Assembly: GCA_021824065.1 (NCBI GenBank)
Contig: JAKALU010000003.1
Coordinates: 5,553 to 69,552 of the forward strand
Source of the DNA: Nitrospirota bacterium
GTDB lineage: Bacteria; Nitrospirota; Thermodesulfovibrionia; Thermodesulfovibrionales; UBA1546
Reading direction: 5' to 3'
Length of the DNA: 64,000 nt
Part shown: positions 24,130 to 33,124 of the stretch, one piece after another
Numbering within the stretch: position 1 is the stretch's first letter
How the letters are laid out: each line of letters opens with the position of its first letter
The notes under the pieces: generated by a model
Databases searched by the model: none
The model's input: only the letters and a program-made list of their open reading frames with translations
What the model was told of the DNA's origin: nothing
Made by a program: the position numbers and the translations under genes

Positions 24130-25206
24130 TATGACCTTGCGTGCGCATGCGGCACAAGCAAAGACGAACACAGGAAAAGAGGTCTTGAAGGCAAATGGCT
24201 TTATCCTGTAACACTTCCGAACGGAGGTTATTCCATACTCCTTAAGACCCTTCTTTCGAATGCCTGCTCAAATGACTGTGGATACTGCCCGCTCCGCTCA
24301 GGCACAGATGTAAGGAGGTGCACTCTCCAGCCTGAAGAGGTCGCAAACATCTTCATGGAATATCTGAGGAGGAAGAAGGTGTTCGGCCTTTTCTTAAGCT
24401 CAGGTGTCATCGGAAATCCTGATAATACAATGGACAGGATAAATGCAGTTGCCCGCATCCTGAGGTACAAGCATAACTACAGGGGCTATATTCATCTTAA
24501 AATCATTCCCGGAGCATCAGAGGCTGCAATCGAAGATTCCTTTTCAGTGGCATCAGCAGTTTCTCTTAATATCGAGACACCGGGAAAGGAGCGCTTTGAC
24601 CTTCTTTCAAGTAAAAAAGATTATATGAATGATATCATCAGGCCAATGAAGTTCATGTCAGGACTCAGGGAGCAGGGAGGTAGGGCGGAAAAGGTTAAAT
24701 GCACGACCCAGTTCATCGTCGGTGCATCTGATGAGACTGATTCAGAGATAATAGAATACATGTCCGGCATATACAATAAACTCAAATTCAATCGTGTATA
24801 TTTTTCAGCGTATCAGAAGGGGCTGGGGAATCCCGCTATACCTGGCGAAAAGATAAGCCCTCAAATTCCTGAGAGCATATTCATGCGCGAGCACCGTCTT
24901 TATCAGGTTGATTTTCTCATGAGAAGATACGGATTTAAAACAGGAGACATCATCCTTAACAGCAGTGGCAATTTAAGCATCGACAAAGACCCAAAGCAAC
25001 TCTGGGCAGATAATCATCCTGAATTTTATCCTGTGAGAATCAATAAGGCAGACAGAGAGACGCTCCTTCGCGTGCCGGGGATTGGGCCTGAGACAGCTTC
25101 AAGGATACTTAAGGCAAGGCGGGAGCATAGAATCACCCGTCTTGAGTATCTGGGAATAAGGGGCAAGAGACTGGAAAAGGTTAAGGGCTATGTGATTTTG
25201 GAGTAA
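24085..25206 (+). CDS. Putative DNA modification/repair radical SAM protein (with C-terminal HhH)
   Basis: Start moved to the ATG at 24085 (MDTIEKLKILSEDSRYDLACACG). Radical SAM CxxxCxxC motif CSNDCGYC. C-terminal LLRVPGIGPETASRILKAR is a helix-hairpin-helix. Confidence 0.8.
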   Translation: MDTIEKLKILSEDSRYDLACACGTSKDEHRKRGLEGKWLYPVTLPNGGYSILLKTLLSNACSNDCGYCPLRSGTDVRRCTLQPEEVANIFMEYLRRKKVFGLFLSSGVIGNPDNTMDRINAVARILRYKHNYRGYIHLKIIPGASEAAIEDSFSVASAVSLNIETPGKERFDLLSSKKDYMNDIIRPMKFMSGLREQGGRAEKVKCTTQFIVGASDETDSEIIEYMSGIYNKLKFNRVYFSAYQKGLGNPAIPGEKISPQIPESIFMREHRLYQVDFLMRRYGFKTGDIILNSSGNLSIDKDPKQLWADNHPEFYPVRINKADRETLLRVPGIGPETASRILKARREHRITRLEYLGIRGKRLEKVKGYVILE

Positions 25207-25481
25207 CGTTTCTCTAAAACTATACTTTTCAATTTCACAGGAAGTCTCTTTGAGCCTTCCTTGAGAGTAAGGCCTGATGCCCTGTCTTTAATCTTCATCA
25301 GAAAATCAAAAGCCTCATCAGGATTTGACTTTGACATTTCTCTAAGACACCACCCTATTGCCTTTCTTATAAAGAATTCCTTTTCTGAAACCATCTTTCC
25401 AGCGAATTTAAAAAAGAGCTTCTTGTTACCTTTGCCATTTCTGAAAAGAAGTATCTGTGATATCAATGATGCCCTCCTCAT
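25188..25481 (-). pseudogene. Truncated DNA alkylation repair (AlkD/AlkC-like HEAT repeat) gene fragment
   Basis: The 97 aa match only the C-terminal part of the family (FIRKAIGWCLREMSKSNPDEAFDFL). The family is normally about 220 aa, and no N-terminal half lies upstream. Confidence 0.5.
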
Positions 25482-25560
25482 CCAGAAATTTTCAGACCTG
25501 CTCCATCTCTTTCACCTCCTGCACCTTTCAAAAAAGAAAATTGTTTTATTTTAACACAAA

Positions 25561-26403
25561 TCATTTCCTGAGCAGTTGACAGACTGTCTTGAGGTTTCTG
25601 GGATCGTCAAGTTCTGTCTTCTTCGGAGTTTCAAGGATTAGAGGGATATGCGAAAATGCCTTATGCTTGATAAATTTTTTAAGTCCTCCCTCACCGATTT
25701 CCCCGAAACCGATATGCTCGTGCCTGTCCCTGTGCAGGTCAAAGGCATACTTAGAATCGTTCAAATGAATGAGTTTTAGCTTATCGCTGCCAATGTATTT
25801 TTCTATCTCATGAGAGAGCCTGTTTATACCTCTGGATCCCCTTATGTCGTAACCAGCCTGAAATGCATGACAGGTGTCTATGCATATCCCTGATATAAGA
25901 CCATCCAGACTATCCATAATCTCTGCAAGCTCTTTTATCTCTGATGTTATGTCCCCCCTTTCCCCTGCTGTGTTTTCGAGTAAAAGTCCTGCATCCCATC
26001 GGCTATTTCTAAATACTTCTCTTAATCCCTTTATTGCCCTTCCCCTCGCAGTCTTTTTATCATCGTTTGCGGCACTGCCTGTATGAAGTACCACAAAATC
26101 TGCCTCAATCACGCTTGCCCTGTTCATCTCTTCTATGAGAAGGGCAATAGATTTTTCCCTGAGGATTTCCGAAGGTGAGGCCATGTTTATGAGATAAGAT
26201 GTGTGTATGTAAACAGGTGCAATATCAAGCCTTCTTCTTGACTTTATAAATAATGCCCTGTCTTCTTTTGATATTTCTTTAAGTGCCCAGCCTCTTGGAT
26301 TGTGGGAAAATATCTGGACAGTTGAGCAGCCGAGTTCATGAGCCCTTTTAATGCTCATATGAAGTCCGCCGGCTATTGATGTGTGGACACCAACCCTCCG
26401 CAT
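25561..26403 (-). CDS. nfo: Deoxyribonuclease IV (endonuclease IV)
   Basis: 280 aa. Contains VHTSIAGG, IFSHNPRGW, VLHTGS, IDTCH and the HLNDS metal-ligand motif. Confidence 0.9.
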   Translation of the reverse strand: MRRVGVHTSIAGGLHMSIKRAHELGCSTVQIFSHNPRGWALKEISKEDRALFIKSRRRLDIAPVYIHTSYLINMASPSEILREKSIALLIEEMNRASVIEADFVVLHTGSAANDDKKTARGRAIKGLREVFRNSRWDAGLLLENTAGERGDITSEIKELAEIMDSLDGLISGICIDTCHAFQAGYDIRGSRGINRLSHEIEKYIGSDKLKLIHLNDSKYAFDLHRDRHEHIGFGEIGEGGLKKFIKHKAFSHIPLILETPKKTELDDPRNLKTVCQLLRK

Positions 26404-26438
26404 GGCAAACTTCCTCCAATATCCGTCACAGACTTCTT

Positions 26439-27410
26439 TTACCTCTCTAAACGACTTAGTGATTTATACAATCCTATTATAAGTTCAGATGTTCTTTCAT
26501 AATCAAGAGTCAATGCTGTATCCCCCAAGCCATGGTAATAGGGGTTTCTGTAAAATGCCGTATCTGTAACCATAAATGCAGGATAGCCGAATTTCCAGAA
26601 ACTGCGGTGGTCTGAGAAATCCACTCCAAGGACAAATGAAGCTGTGTTCAGGGATTCTACAGGCAATGAAGATACAGACTTAAAGGACCTCTTCACTTTT
26701 TTTGTGAATGCCCTTGAAGAGATGTTTCCCACAAATGATATAAAATTGCCTTTGTCAGGATAAAACCATCTGAACATTGGCAACGGATAATACTGACAGC
26801 CTTTGCTGTCGCAGAAATAGCCAAGCATTTCGAGGGAAATCATACCATAGACATTTATGCCCTCATCCTTAAGGCTTTTTGCATAGACATAGCTCCCCAT
26901 ATGTTCCGTTCTGAAGATAGGAGGCTCTTCAAGGCTGAAGGCGACAAAACATACTGTCATTTCAAATGGTCTTAAAGCAGCGAGCCTTGCCAGTTCAAGG
27001 AGGCCTGCAACTCCGCTTGCATTGTCGTCTGCACCGGGTGTCCCCATGACAGTGTCATAATGTGCGCCGATAACGAGTATCTCATCTTTAGTGGTTTTTG
27101 TGCCCTTAACCTCTCCGATTATGTTGAAGTATGTATTGCCTTGGTAAGTGAAGGGTTGCCTTTTTACATTGCAGCCGTACGAGCGGAATTTATCCTCTAT
27201 ATATTGAGCTGCCTTATTGAGTTTTCCGATGTCGAGATAACTCCTTTGACCTATGTCATGAGAAAGATATTTCACAGTAGAGATGAGATTCGACTTTATG
27301 TCGTCCATTTTTACATCCTCAAAAGCTGCCGAACCTAAAGATGCCAGAGTCAAAAATACCGCAAGGATACCCATTTCCTTAAGTATAATTAATAACCTTT
27401 TTAGACTCAA
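26439..27410 (-). CDS. Secreted M28 family aminopeptidase
   Basis: 323 aa with a signal peptide. Contains GAHYDT, DDNASGVA and SLEEPP (zinc ligands). Confidence 0.8.
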   Translation of the reverse strand: MSLKRLLIILKEMGILAVFLTLASLGSAAFEDVKMDDIKSNLISTVKYLSHDIGQRSYLDIGKLNKAAQYIEDKFRSYGCNVKRQPFTYQGNTYFNIIGEVKGTKTTKDEILVIGAHYDTVMGTPGADDNASGVAGLLELARLAALRPFEMTVCFVAFSLEEPPIFRTEHMGSYVYAKSLKDEGINVYGMISLEMLGYFCDSKGCQYYPLPMFRWFYPDKGNFISFVGNISSRAFTKKVKRSFKSVSSLPVESLNTASFVLGVDFSDHRSFWKFGYPAFMVTDTAFYRNPYYHGLGDTALTLDYERTSELIIGLYKSLSRLER

Positions 27411-27525
27411 GGAACAAATACACTGTTGAACGATACGGCACTTCCCCTTGTCAATCCATTTTCTATAAGGTTATAATGCTCTAATAGCAAAAATGTAAGG
27501 TTCATATAGGACTTTGGACTTTTTT

Positions 27526-27641
27526 GTCATTCCTGCGGAAGCAGGAATCCAGATGTCGTCCCCCGTATCAAGTATGGGGCAGGCTCTGCGAAAGCAGGGA
27601 ACTATGCAGAAGTAATAGATTCCCGTTTTAACGGGAATGAC
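27526..27641. repeat. Hairpin-cluster element GTCATTCC...GGGAATGAC (four stem-loops)
   Basis: Hairpins are ATTCCTGC-ggaa-GCAGGAAT, CCCCGTA-tcaag-TATGGGG, CTGC-gaaa-GCAG and ATTCCCGT-ttta-ACGGGAAT. The ends are inverted (GTCATTC / GAATGAC). Related to 31544-31647. Confidence 0.7.
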
Positions 27642-27702
27642 GTTAGAAAAACCTGTAGCAAGATTATCAATATTAAAGAGATACAGTTTTAAGGGAAATC
27701 TT

Positions 27703-28713
27703 ATGGCACTTAAGGATGTTATAGGTCAGGAAAAGGCAATTGGTATCCTGTTTGGCACACTCAGCCAGAACAGGACTCCATCGGCATATCTCTTTGCTGG
27801 TGAATCAGGCATAGGGAAAAAATTCACTGCAGTGAATTTAGCAAAGGCGCTGAATTGCCAAAAAGCAGCTCCCCAACCCCTAACCCCTAATTCCCGTGAT
27901 GCATGTGATGAATGCCCTTCTTGCAAAAAGATTGACGCTCAAACACATCCTGATCTTCTCATGCTGACTCCGGAAAAAGGAGAGATTCGTATTGAAGAGA
28001 TAAGGGCAATAGAAGAGGCGCTCTCATTCACGCCTTATGAAGGGAAAAGAAAAATTGTCATAGTTGATGATGCAGAGGCCATGAATGTATCTTCTGCAAA
28101 TGCATTTCTCAAGACTCTCGAAGAGCCTCCTCCTCAGAGCATAATAATCCTTATATCAGCAAGCCCTGACAGGCTGCCTGAGACCATCAGGTCAAGGTGC
28201 TCACGCATAAATTTCTCACCACTCTCTCCTGAGAAGTGCGAAGAAGTCATCAGAACAGCCATTAGTCAGCAGCCAGTAGTTAGCAGCCAGGATAAAGAAA
28301 GGCTGTCAACTGTTGCAAGGCTTTCCATGGGAAGGCCAGGTCTTGCAATCTCTAACGACCTCATTGAAGAAAGAGACTGGTTTATAAGGCTTTTCCGTGA
28401 AATGATCAGCGGCAGTAATAAAGAAGGATGGACAGATAAAGAGGAGATTGAAACATGGTTCAACATTGCCTTCACAATATTGAGAGATATTGCAGTGTTA
28501 AAGATAACCGCCCGCGGCGATATGCTGATAAATACAGACCTTAGAGACAAAATCTCTAATCTGAGCAAAACACTGGAGATAAAGGATATAATAGAAAGTT
28601 ATTTCAAGATTTCTTTTTTGAGAGGATATCTCGGATTTAATCTTAACAAATCCATTACATGGAACTATGTATCAACGATACTGCAAAAATCAAAATTCAA
28701 AATTCAAAATTAA
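27703..28713 (+). CDS. holB: DNA polymerase III subunit delta'
   Basis: Start moved to the ATG at 27703 (MALKDVIGQEKA), outside the repeat. Contains P-loop-like GESGIGK, zinc module CDECPSCKKI, and SRC (TIRSRCSRI). Confidence 0.85.
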   Translation: MALKDVIGQEKAIGILFGTLSQNRTPSAYLFAGESGIGKKFTAVNLAKALNCQKAAPQPLTPNSRDACDECPSCKKIDAQTHPDLLMLTPEKGEIRIEEIRAIEEALSFTPYEGKRKIVIVDDAEAMNVSSANAFLKTLEEPPPQSIIILISASPDRLPETIRSRCSRINFSPLSPEKCEEVIRTAISQQPVVSSQDKERLSTVARLSMGRPGLAISNDLIEERDWFIRLFREMISGSNKEGWTDKEEIETWFNIAFTILRDIAVLKITARGDMLINTDLRDKISNLSKTLEIKDIIESYFKISFLRGYLGFNLNKSITWNYVSTILQKSKFKIQN

Positions 28714-28756
28714 GGAGTCCCATAATCTTGATTTTTGCACTTTGCATTTTGAATTC
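28682..28756. repeat. Inverted pair of 7-nt word arrays (TGCAAAA ATCAAAA TTCAAAA TTCAAAA ... TTTTTGC ACTTTGC ATTTTGA) around a 20-nt loop
   Basis: Read directly. Spans the holB stop (28711-28713) and ends just before the RBS of the PSP1 gene. Confidence 0.8.
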
Positions 28757-28768
28757 GTGGAGGTTTAA

Positions 28769-29698
28769 ATGCCCGATGTTGTTGGGATAAGATTTAAAAG
28801 ATGCGGCAAAATATATGATTTCGAAGTTAATGGAACAGGGGCAGAATTTAAAAAAGGAGACTTTGTGGTTGTTGAGTCGGACCTCGGCCTGAGTATAGGC
28901 AGTGTAGTTACAGAAAGGCATTTAGTTGAAAATCCTGCTAAAGAACTCAGAAAGGTACTCAGGAAAGCAACAGACGAAGACCTCAAACAAAAGGGAGACA
29001 ACGAGAGTTTTGAAAAAGAAGCAGAGGATTACTGCCGTGAGAGGATAATGGCAAGAGGTCTTCCAATGAAACTCATCTCTACAGAAGCAACACTTGATAA
29101 AAAGCGGATTATCTTTTATTTCACAGCAGAGGGGAGAATAGATTTCAGAGAGATTGTAAAAGACCTTGCTGCCAAGTTTAAGACCCGGATAGAGATGAGA
29201 CAGATCGGTGTGAGAGACGAAGCTAAAATAATGGGTGGACTTGGCATGTGCGGCAGGGAGTTATGCTGTAAAACATTTCTGACGTCATTCGAGCCCATAT
29301 CCATTAAAATGGCAAAACAACAGGATCTGGTGTTGAACATGAGCAAGCTGTCAGGCATCTGCGGAAGGCTTATGTGCTGTTTGAGTTATGAATACTCAGA
29401 TGAGATATCCAATGAAATAAACGAAGTGCCATCAGGTGAAGATGCAAGCGTTATAACTGAAGATGTTATTTCTCAAGAAATTATTGAAGAAGCACCTCAA
29501 CCTGGAATCGAATCACAACAACCAGAAATTCCAATTTCCACACCCCGAAGCGAGGAGGTCATTCCTTCTGACACCACTCCGAATCCGGAAAACACTAAAG
29601 GAGAGAGCACTGAGCAGAAACAAGGGCACGGACACAAGAAGCGTAGAAAATGGCGCTGGAGAAAATTTCAGAAACACGGCAAGCCTGAGAACAAGTAA
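28769..29698 (+). CDS. PSP1 domain protein (YaaT/RicT-like)
   Basis: 309 aa. MPDVVGIRFKRCGKIYDF and CGRELCCKTFL..CGRLMCCL are PSP1 signatures. holB-yaaT synteny as in Bacillus. Long acidic then basic C-terminal tail. Confidence 0.8.
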   Translation: MPDVVGIRFKRCGKIYDFEVNGTGAEFKKGDFVVVESDLGLSIGSVVTERHLVENPAKELRKVLRKATDEDLKQKGDNESFEKEAEDYCRERIMARGLPMKLISTEATLDKKRIIFYFTAEGRIDFREIVKDLAAKFKTRIEMRQIGVRDEAKIMGGLGMCGRELCCKTFLTSFEPISIKMAKQQDLVLNMSKLSGICGRLMCCLSYEYSDEISNEINEVPSGEDASVITEDVISQEIIEEAPQPGIESQQPEIPISTPRSEEVIPSDTTPNPENTKGESTEQKQGHGHKKRRKWRWRKFQKHGKPENK

Positions 29699-29704
29699 AC
29701 GATG

Positions 29705-29864
29705 AGCAAGGGTATGGTATTATATCCTCGCTCATTCTCGGGCTGAAGCCCTGCGAGGGATTTTGCCTTACAGCCCCCCATGTCCCCCTTTGCAAAGGGG
29801 GATTAAGAGGGTTGTTGAATATCGACAAAATAAAACCGCTCAGATACAATACCATACCCTGTTG
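29705..29864. repeat. MITE-like element, TIR family CAA(T)GGGYATGGYATT, copy B (carries a nested C/G hairpin at 29774-29811)
   Basis: Left CAAGGGTATGGTATT (29707-29721) matches the reverse complement of right AATACCATACCCTGTTG (29848-29864). Core CTCGCTCATTCTCGG...GAGGGATTTTGCCTT is shared with 20644-20776. Confidence 0.65.
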
Positions 29865-29882
29865 AATAGGAAAGTCTGAACA

Positions 29883-31463
29883 ATGAAAAAAAAGTTTTAT
29901 GTTACAACACCGATTTATTACGTTAATGATGTCCCGCACATAGGTCACGCATATACAACTATAGCAGCGGATATCCTTGCACGGTATAACAGGTTAATAA
30001 ATAGAGACGTTTTTTCCCTCACAGGGACTGACGAACATGGACAGAAAGTCGAAAAAGCAGCACAGGGAAAAGGCAAAACACCGAAAGAACACGCAGACCT
30101 CATGGTAAAAAATTTCAAAAACCTATGGGAAAGGCTCAGCATATCAAACGATGCATTCATAAGAACGACAGATGATGAACATAAAATGGTGGTTCAGGAA
30201 CTCCTTCAGAAACTATATGACAATGGTGAAATCTTAAAGAGGACATACTCAGGCTGGTACTGTACACCGGATGAGAGATTCTGGACAGAAAAAGAGGTTG
30301 TAGAGGGAAAATGCCCTGACTGCGGAAGGCCTGTTGAGCATATCGAAGAAGATAATTATTTTTTCCTGATGTCTAAATATCAGGAAAGGCTTATTAAATA
30401 TATAGAGGATAATCCGTCATACATACTTCCTGAAACCCGCAGGAATGAGGTGCTCGGCTTTCTGAAAAATAACACACTCGGAGACCTCTGTATATCAAGA
30501 CCCAGACACAGGCTTTCATGGGGCATTCCACTTCCGTTTGATGAAAACTTTGTAACATATGTCTGGTTCGATGCACTTGTGAATTATTTTTCAGCTACTA
30601 AATATCTTGTGCCACCCTCCCATCCCCCCCTTAGTAAGGGGGGGCAAGGGGGGGGTGATGACTGGTGGCCTGCGGATCATCATCTTATAGGAAAGGACAT
30701 CCTTACAACCCATGCTGTTTACTGGTCAACAATGCTCATGGCATTGAAATTACCTCTGCCTAAAAATATCTTTGCGCATGGTTGGTGGACGATTGAGGGC
30801 AAAAAAATGTCAAAGTCTCTCGGGAATGTGGTAGACCCTTATGAGATAGTTGATAAATATGGCGTTGATGCATTCAGATATTTTCTTTTCAGGGAAGTGC
30901 CGTTTGGTCTGGACGGAGATTTTTCTGAACAGGCACTAATAAACCGTATAAACACAGACCTTGCGAATGATTTGGGGAATCTGCTGAGCAGGTTTCTTGC
31001 GATGGCTGTAAAATATTTTGAAGGAAAAATCGAGATGTCAAAATCGCTGGAAGAATTTAAAGTTTATTGTGTCAAATCTTTAGTGGGTGCAATGGATGAG
31101 CAGAACTGGTCGCATCTCCGCTTTAATCTGATTCTCGAGAATATCTGGAACATAGTTAGTGAGACGAATAATCTTATAGCAAGAGAAGAGCCATGGAAAC
31201 TTGCAAAGGATAATCAGGCCAGACTCAAAGATGTGATGTACAGCATATGGAACTCACTCAGAATAATAGCTTTTCTTGTGTATCCTTTCATGCCTTCTAC
31301 TGCAGAGAGGATGTGGAGACAGCTCGGTTTAAAATCTTTGACAGAAGAAGTGAGAGACGGTCTGCCCGGAATCTTTTCGTGGGATTGGAAGCCTGCTTAT
31401 GAGATAAAAGTCTCAAAGGGAGAGCACCTTTTTCCGAGGATTGAGACAAAAGAGGCAAAATAA
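29883..31463 (+). CDS. metG: Methionine--tRNA ligase (short form)
   Basis: 526 aa. HIGH motif PHIGHAYT, zinc knuckle CPDCGRPV, and KMSKS. Confidence 0.95.
   Translation: MKKKFYVTTPIYYVNDVPHIGHAYTTIAADILARYNRLINRDVFSLTGTDEHGQKVEKAAQGKGKTPKEHADLMVKNFKNLWERLSISNDAFIRTTDDEHKMVVQELLQKLYDNGEILKRTYSGWYCTPDERFWTEKEVVEGKCPDCGRPVEHIEEDNYFFLMSKYQERLIKYIEDNPSYILPETRRNEVLGFLKNNTLGDLCISRPRHRLSWGIPLPFDENFVTYVWFDALVNYFSATKYLVPPSHPPLSKGGQGGGDDWWPADHHLIGKDILTTHAVYWSTMLMALKLPLPKNIFAHGWWTIEGKKMSKSLGNVVDPYEIVDKYGVDAFRYFLFREVPFGLDGDFSEQALINRINTDLANDLGNLLSRFLAMAVKYFEGKIEMSKSLEEFKVYCVKSLVGAMDEQNWSHLRFNLILENIWNIVSETNNLIAREEPWKLAKDNQARLKDVMYSIWNSLRIIAFLVYPFMPSTAERMWRQLGLKSLTEEVRDGLPGIFSWDWKPAYEIKVSKGEHLFPRIETKEAK
30615..30655. 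repeat. Nested C-run/G-run hairpin element inside metG, translated in frame as PSHPPLSKGGQGGG
   Basis: The sequence is CCCTCCCATCCCCCCCTTAGTAAGGGGGGGCAAGGGGGGGG. The central part, CCCCCCC-ttagtaa-GGGGGGG, is a perfect hairpin. Confidence 0.75.
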
Positions 31464-31543
31464 AAGATGAGGCAGGCAGACATAATATTCTCGCTCATTT
31501 TGATAAATACAACTTCTGAAACGGAATCTTGTGCCTTTTTTCT

Positions 31544-31647
31544 GTCATTCCGCACTTGATGCGGAATCCAGTATTTAGCCTTTTAAATAATAAGGTCTGG
31601 ATTCCCGCTGGAGTTTATCCCGTACGCCGATACGGGGCGAGAATGAC
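31544..31647. repeat. Hairpin-cluster element GTCATTCC...GAGAATGAC (second copy)
   Basis: Contains ATTCCGCA-cttga-TGCGGAAT, CCGTA-cgccga-TACGG, and inverted ends GTCATTC / GAATGAC. A partial MITE-core fragment, ATATTCTCGCTCATTT, lies at 31485-31500. Confidence 0.65.
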
Positions 31648-31668
31648 AAATTAGTAATAGGAGAAAAC

Positions 31669-32982
31669 TTGAAAAAGGCTGATTATATAATTCGCGGCGA
31701 TTATGTCCTCCCGATGGATGAAGGCCTTCCCGTTATTAAAGATGGCGCAGTAGCTGTTAATGGAAAGACCATCATTGATGTAGGAAGTTTTAATGACATA
31801 TCAAAAAAATACACATCAAAAAATATTATCGGCGGGAAGAACAGGGCAGTATTGCCAGGACTCATCAACACACACACCCATGCAGCAATGGTTTATTTCA
31901 GGGGGATGGCAGATGACCTTCCATTAAAGGAGTGGCTTGAGGAGCACATATGGCCTGCTGAAAATAAATGGCTAAGTCCTGAATTTGTATCTGATGCAAC
32001 AGAGCTTGCATGTCTTGAGATGCTAAAGGCAGGCATTACAACATATAATGACATGTACTTCTTCGAGGATGCTTCGGGAAAGGCTGCAAAAAAAATCGGC
32101 ATTAGGGCAGTGCTTGGCGCCGGGATTGTTGAGTTTCCAACAGTATCAGGGCAGAACGCAGTTGATTACCTAAACAAGGCAGAAAGATTTATAAAAGATT
32201 GGAAGAAAGATGAATTGATTATCCCGAGCGTTGCACCTCATTCAGTTTATACATGCCAGCCCGAAACTCTTACTATGGCAAAAAAACTTGCTGATAAATA
32301 TGATGTGCCTATTCACATACATCTTTCTGAGACAGAGTGGGAGGTTGGAGAGGTAATGGGTAGATACCATAAAAGACCTGTTGAACACCTTGAAGCCATC
32401 GGGTTTTTAGATGAAAATGTCCTGGCAGTCCATTGTATATGGGTTGAGGATAACGAGATTGAGCTGCTTGCAAAAAGGAAGGTGGGTGTCTCTCACTGCA
32501 TGGAAAGCAACCTAAAACTTGCATCAGGATTTGCGCCTGTTGTCACAATGCTTATGAGCGGGATAAAGGTGACCTTTGGGACTGATGGTGCTGCAAGTAA
32601 CAACGACCTGAACATCTTAAGTGAAATTTCTACTACAGCAAAGGTACATAAGGCACTCTCAAATAACCCCACAGTTCTTGACGCAAAAACAGCTTTACTC
32701 ATGGCAACAAGATGGGGAGCAGAGGTTCTTGGTCTCGGGGAAATTACAGGAAGCCTTGAGAAAGGAAAGGCAGCAGACATCATAATCATGAACCTCGACA
32801 AACCTCATCTTATCCCCCTCTATGACATCTACTCGCATATCGTCTATTCTGCAAGGGCATCTGATGTCGAGACAGTCTTTGTTAATGGCAAACTTGCTGT
32901 GGACAATGGAGAACTGGTTACTGCATCTGAAAAAGAGATCCTTGATAAGGCAAGAAAATGGAGAGAGAAGATCAGGGGATAA
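31669..32982 (+). CDS. mtaD: Amidohydrolase, 5-methylthioadenosine/S-adenosylhomocysteine deaminase-like
   Basis: 437 aa with a TTG start. Contains PGLINTHTHAAM, HLSET and GTDGAASNN. Confidence 0.75.
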   Translation: MKKADYIIRGDYVLPMDEGLPVIKDGAVAVNGKTIIDVGSFNDISKKYTSKNIIGGKNRAVLPGLINTHTHAAMVYFRGMADDLPLKEWLEEHIWPAENKWLSPEFVSDATELACLEMLKAGITTYNDMYFFEDASGKAAKKIGIRAVLGAGIVEFPTVSGQNAVDYLNKAERFIKDWKKDELIIPSVAPHSVYTCQPETLTMAKKLADKYDVPIHIHLSETEWEVGEVMGRYHKRPVEHLEAIGFLDENVLAVHCIWVEDNEIELLAKRKVGVSHCMESNLKLASGFAPVVTMLMSGIKVTFGTDGAASNNDLNILSEISTTAKVHKALSNNPTVLDAKTALLMATRWGAEVLGLGEITGSLEKGKAADIIIMNLDKPHLIPLYDIYSHIVYSARASDVETVFVNGKLAVDNGELVTASEKEILDKARKWREKIRG

Positions 32983-33124
32983 ATCAAGTTTAAGATTTGT
33001 TTTTGCCCTATGGGATTTTTGAAATTGAAAACCAGGTCATGCAGTCAAAGGGGAGTCTATCCGAGCTTTTTACACCATGTTTCTTGAGCGAGTCGCCAAA
33101 AGGTATCAGGCACTCAGGAAAAGA

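Noticed and set aside
27868-27900. CCCCAACCCCTAACCCCTAA in holB as another C/G hairpin element or a telomere-like repeat
   Set aside because: It has no complementary G-run partner and cannot form the nested hairpin. It may simply encode a Pro-rich linker (APQPLTPN) before the zinc module. The evidence is too weak to assign it to the repeat family.
29699-29882. Regulatory leader (T-box or riboswitch-like) upstream of metG
   Set aside because: The structured sequence is fully explained by the TIR-bounded MITE copy and its nested C/G hairpin. No specifier or T-box-like motifs were seen.
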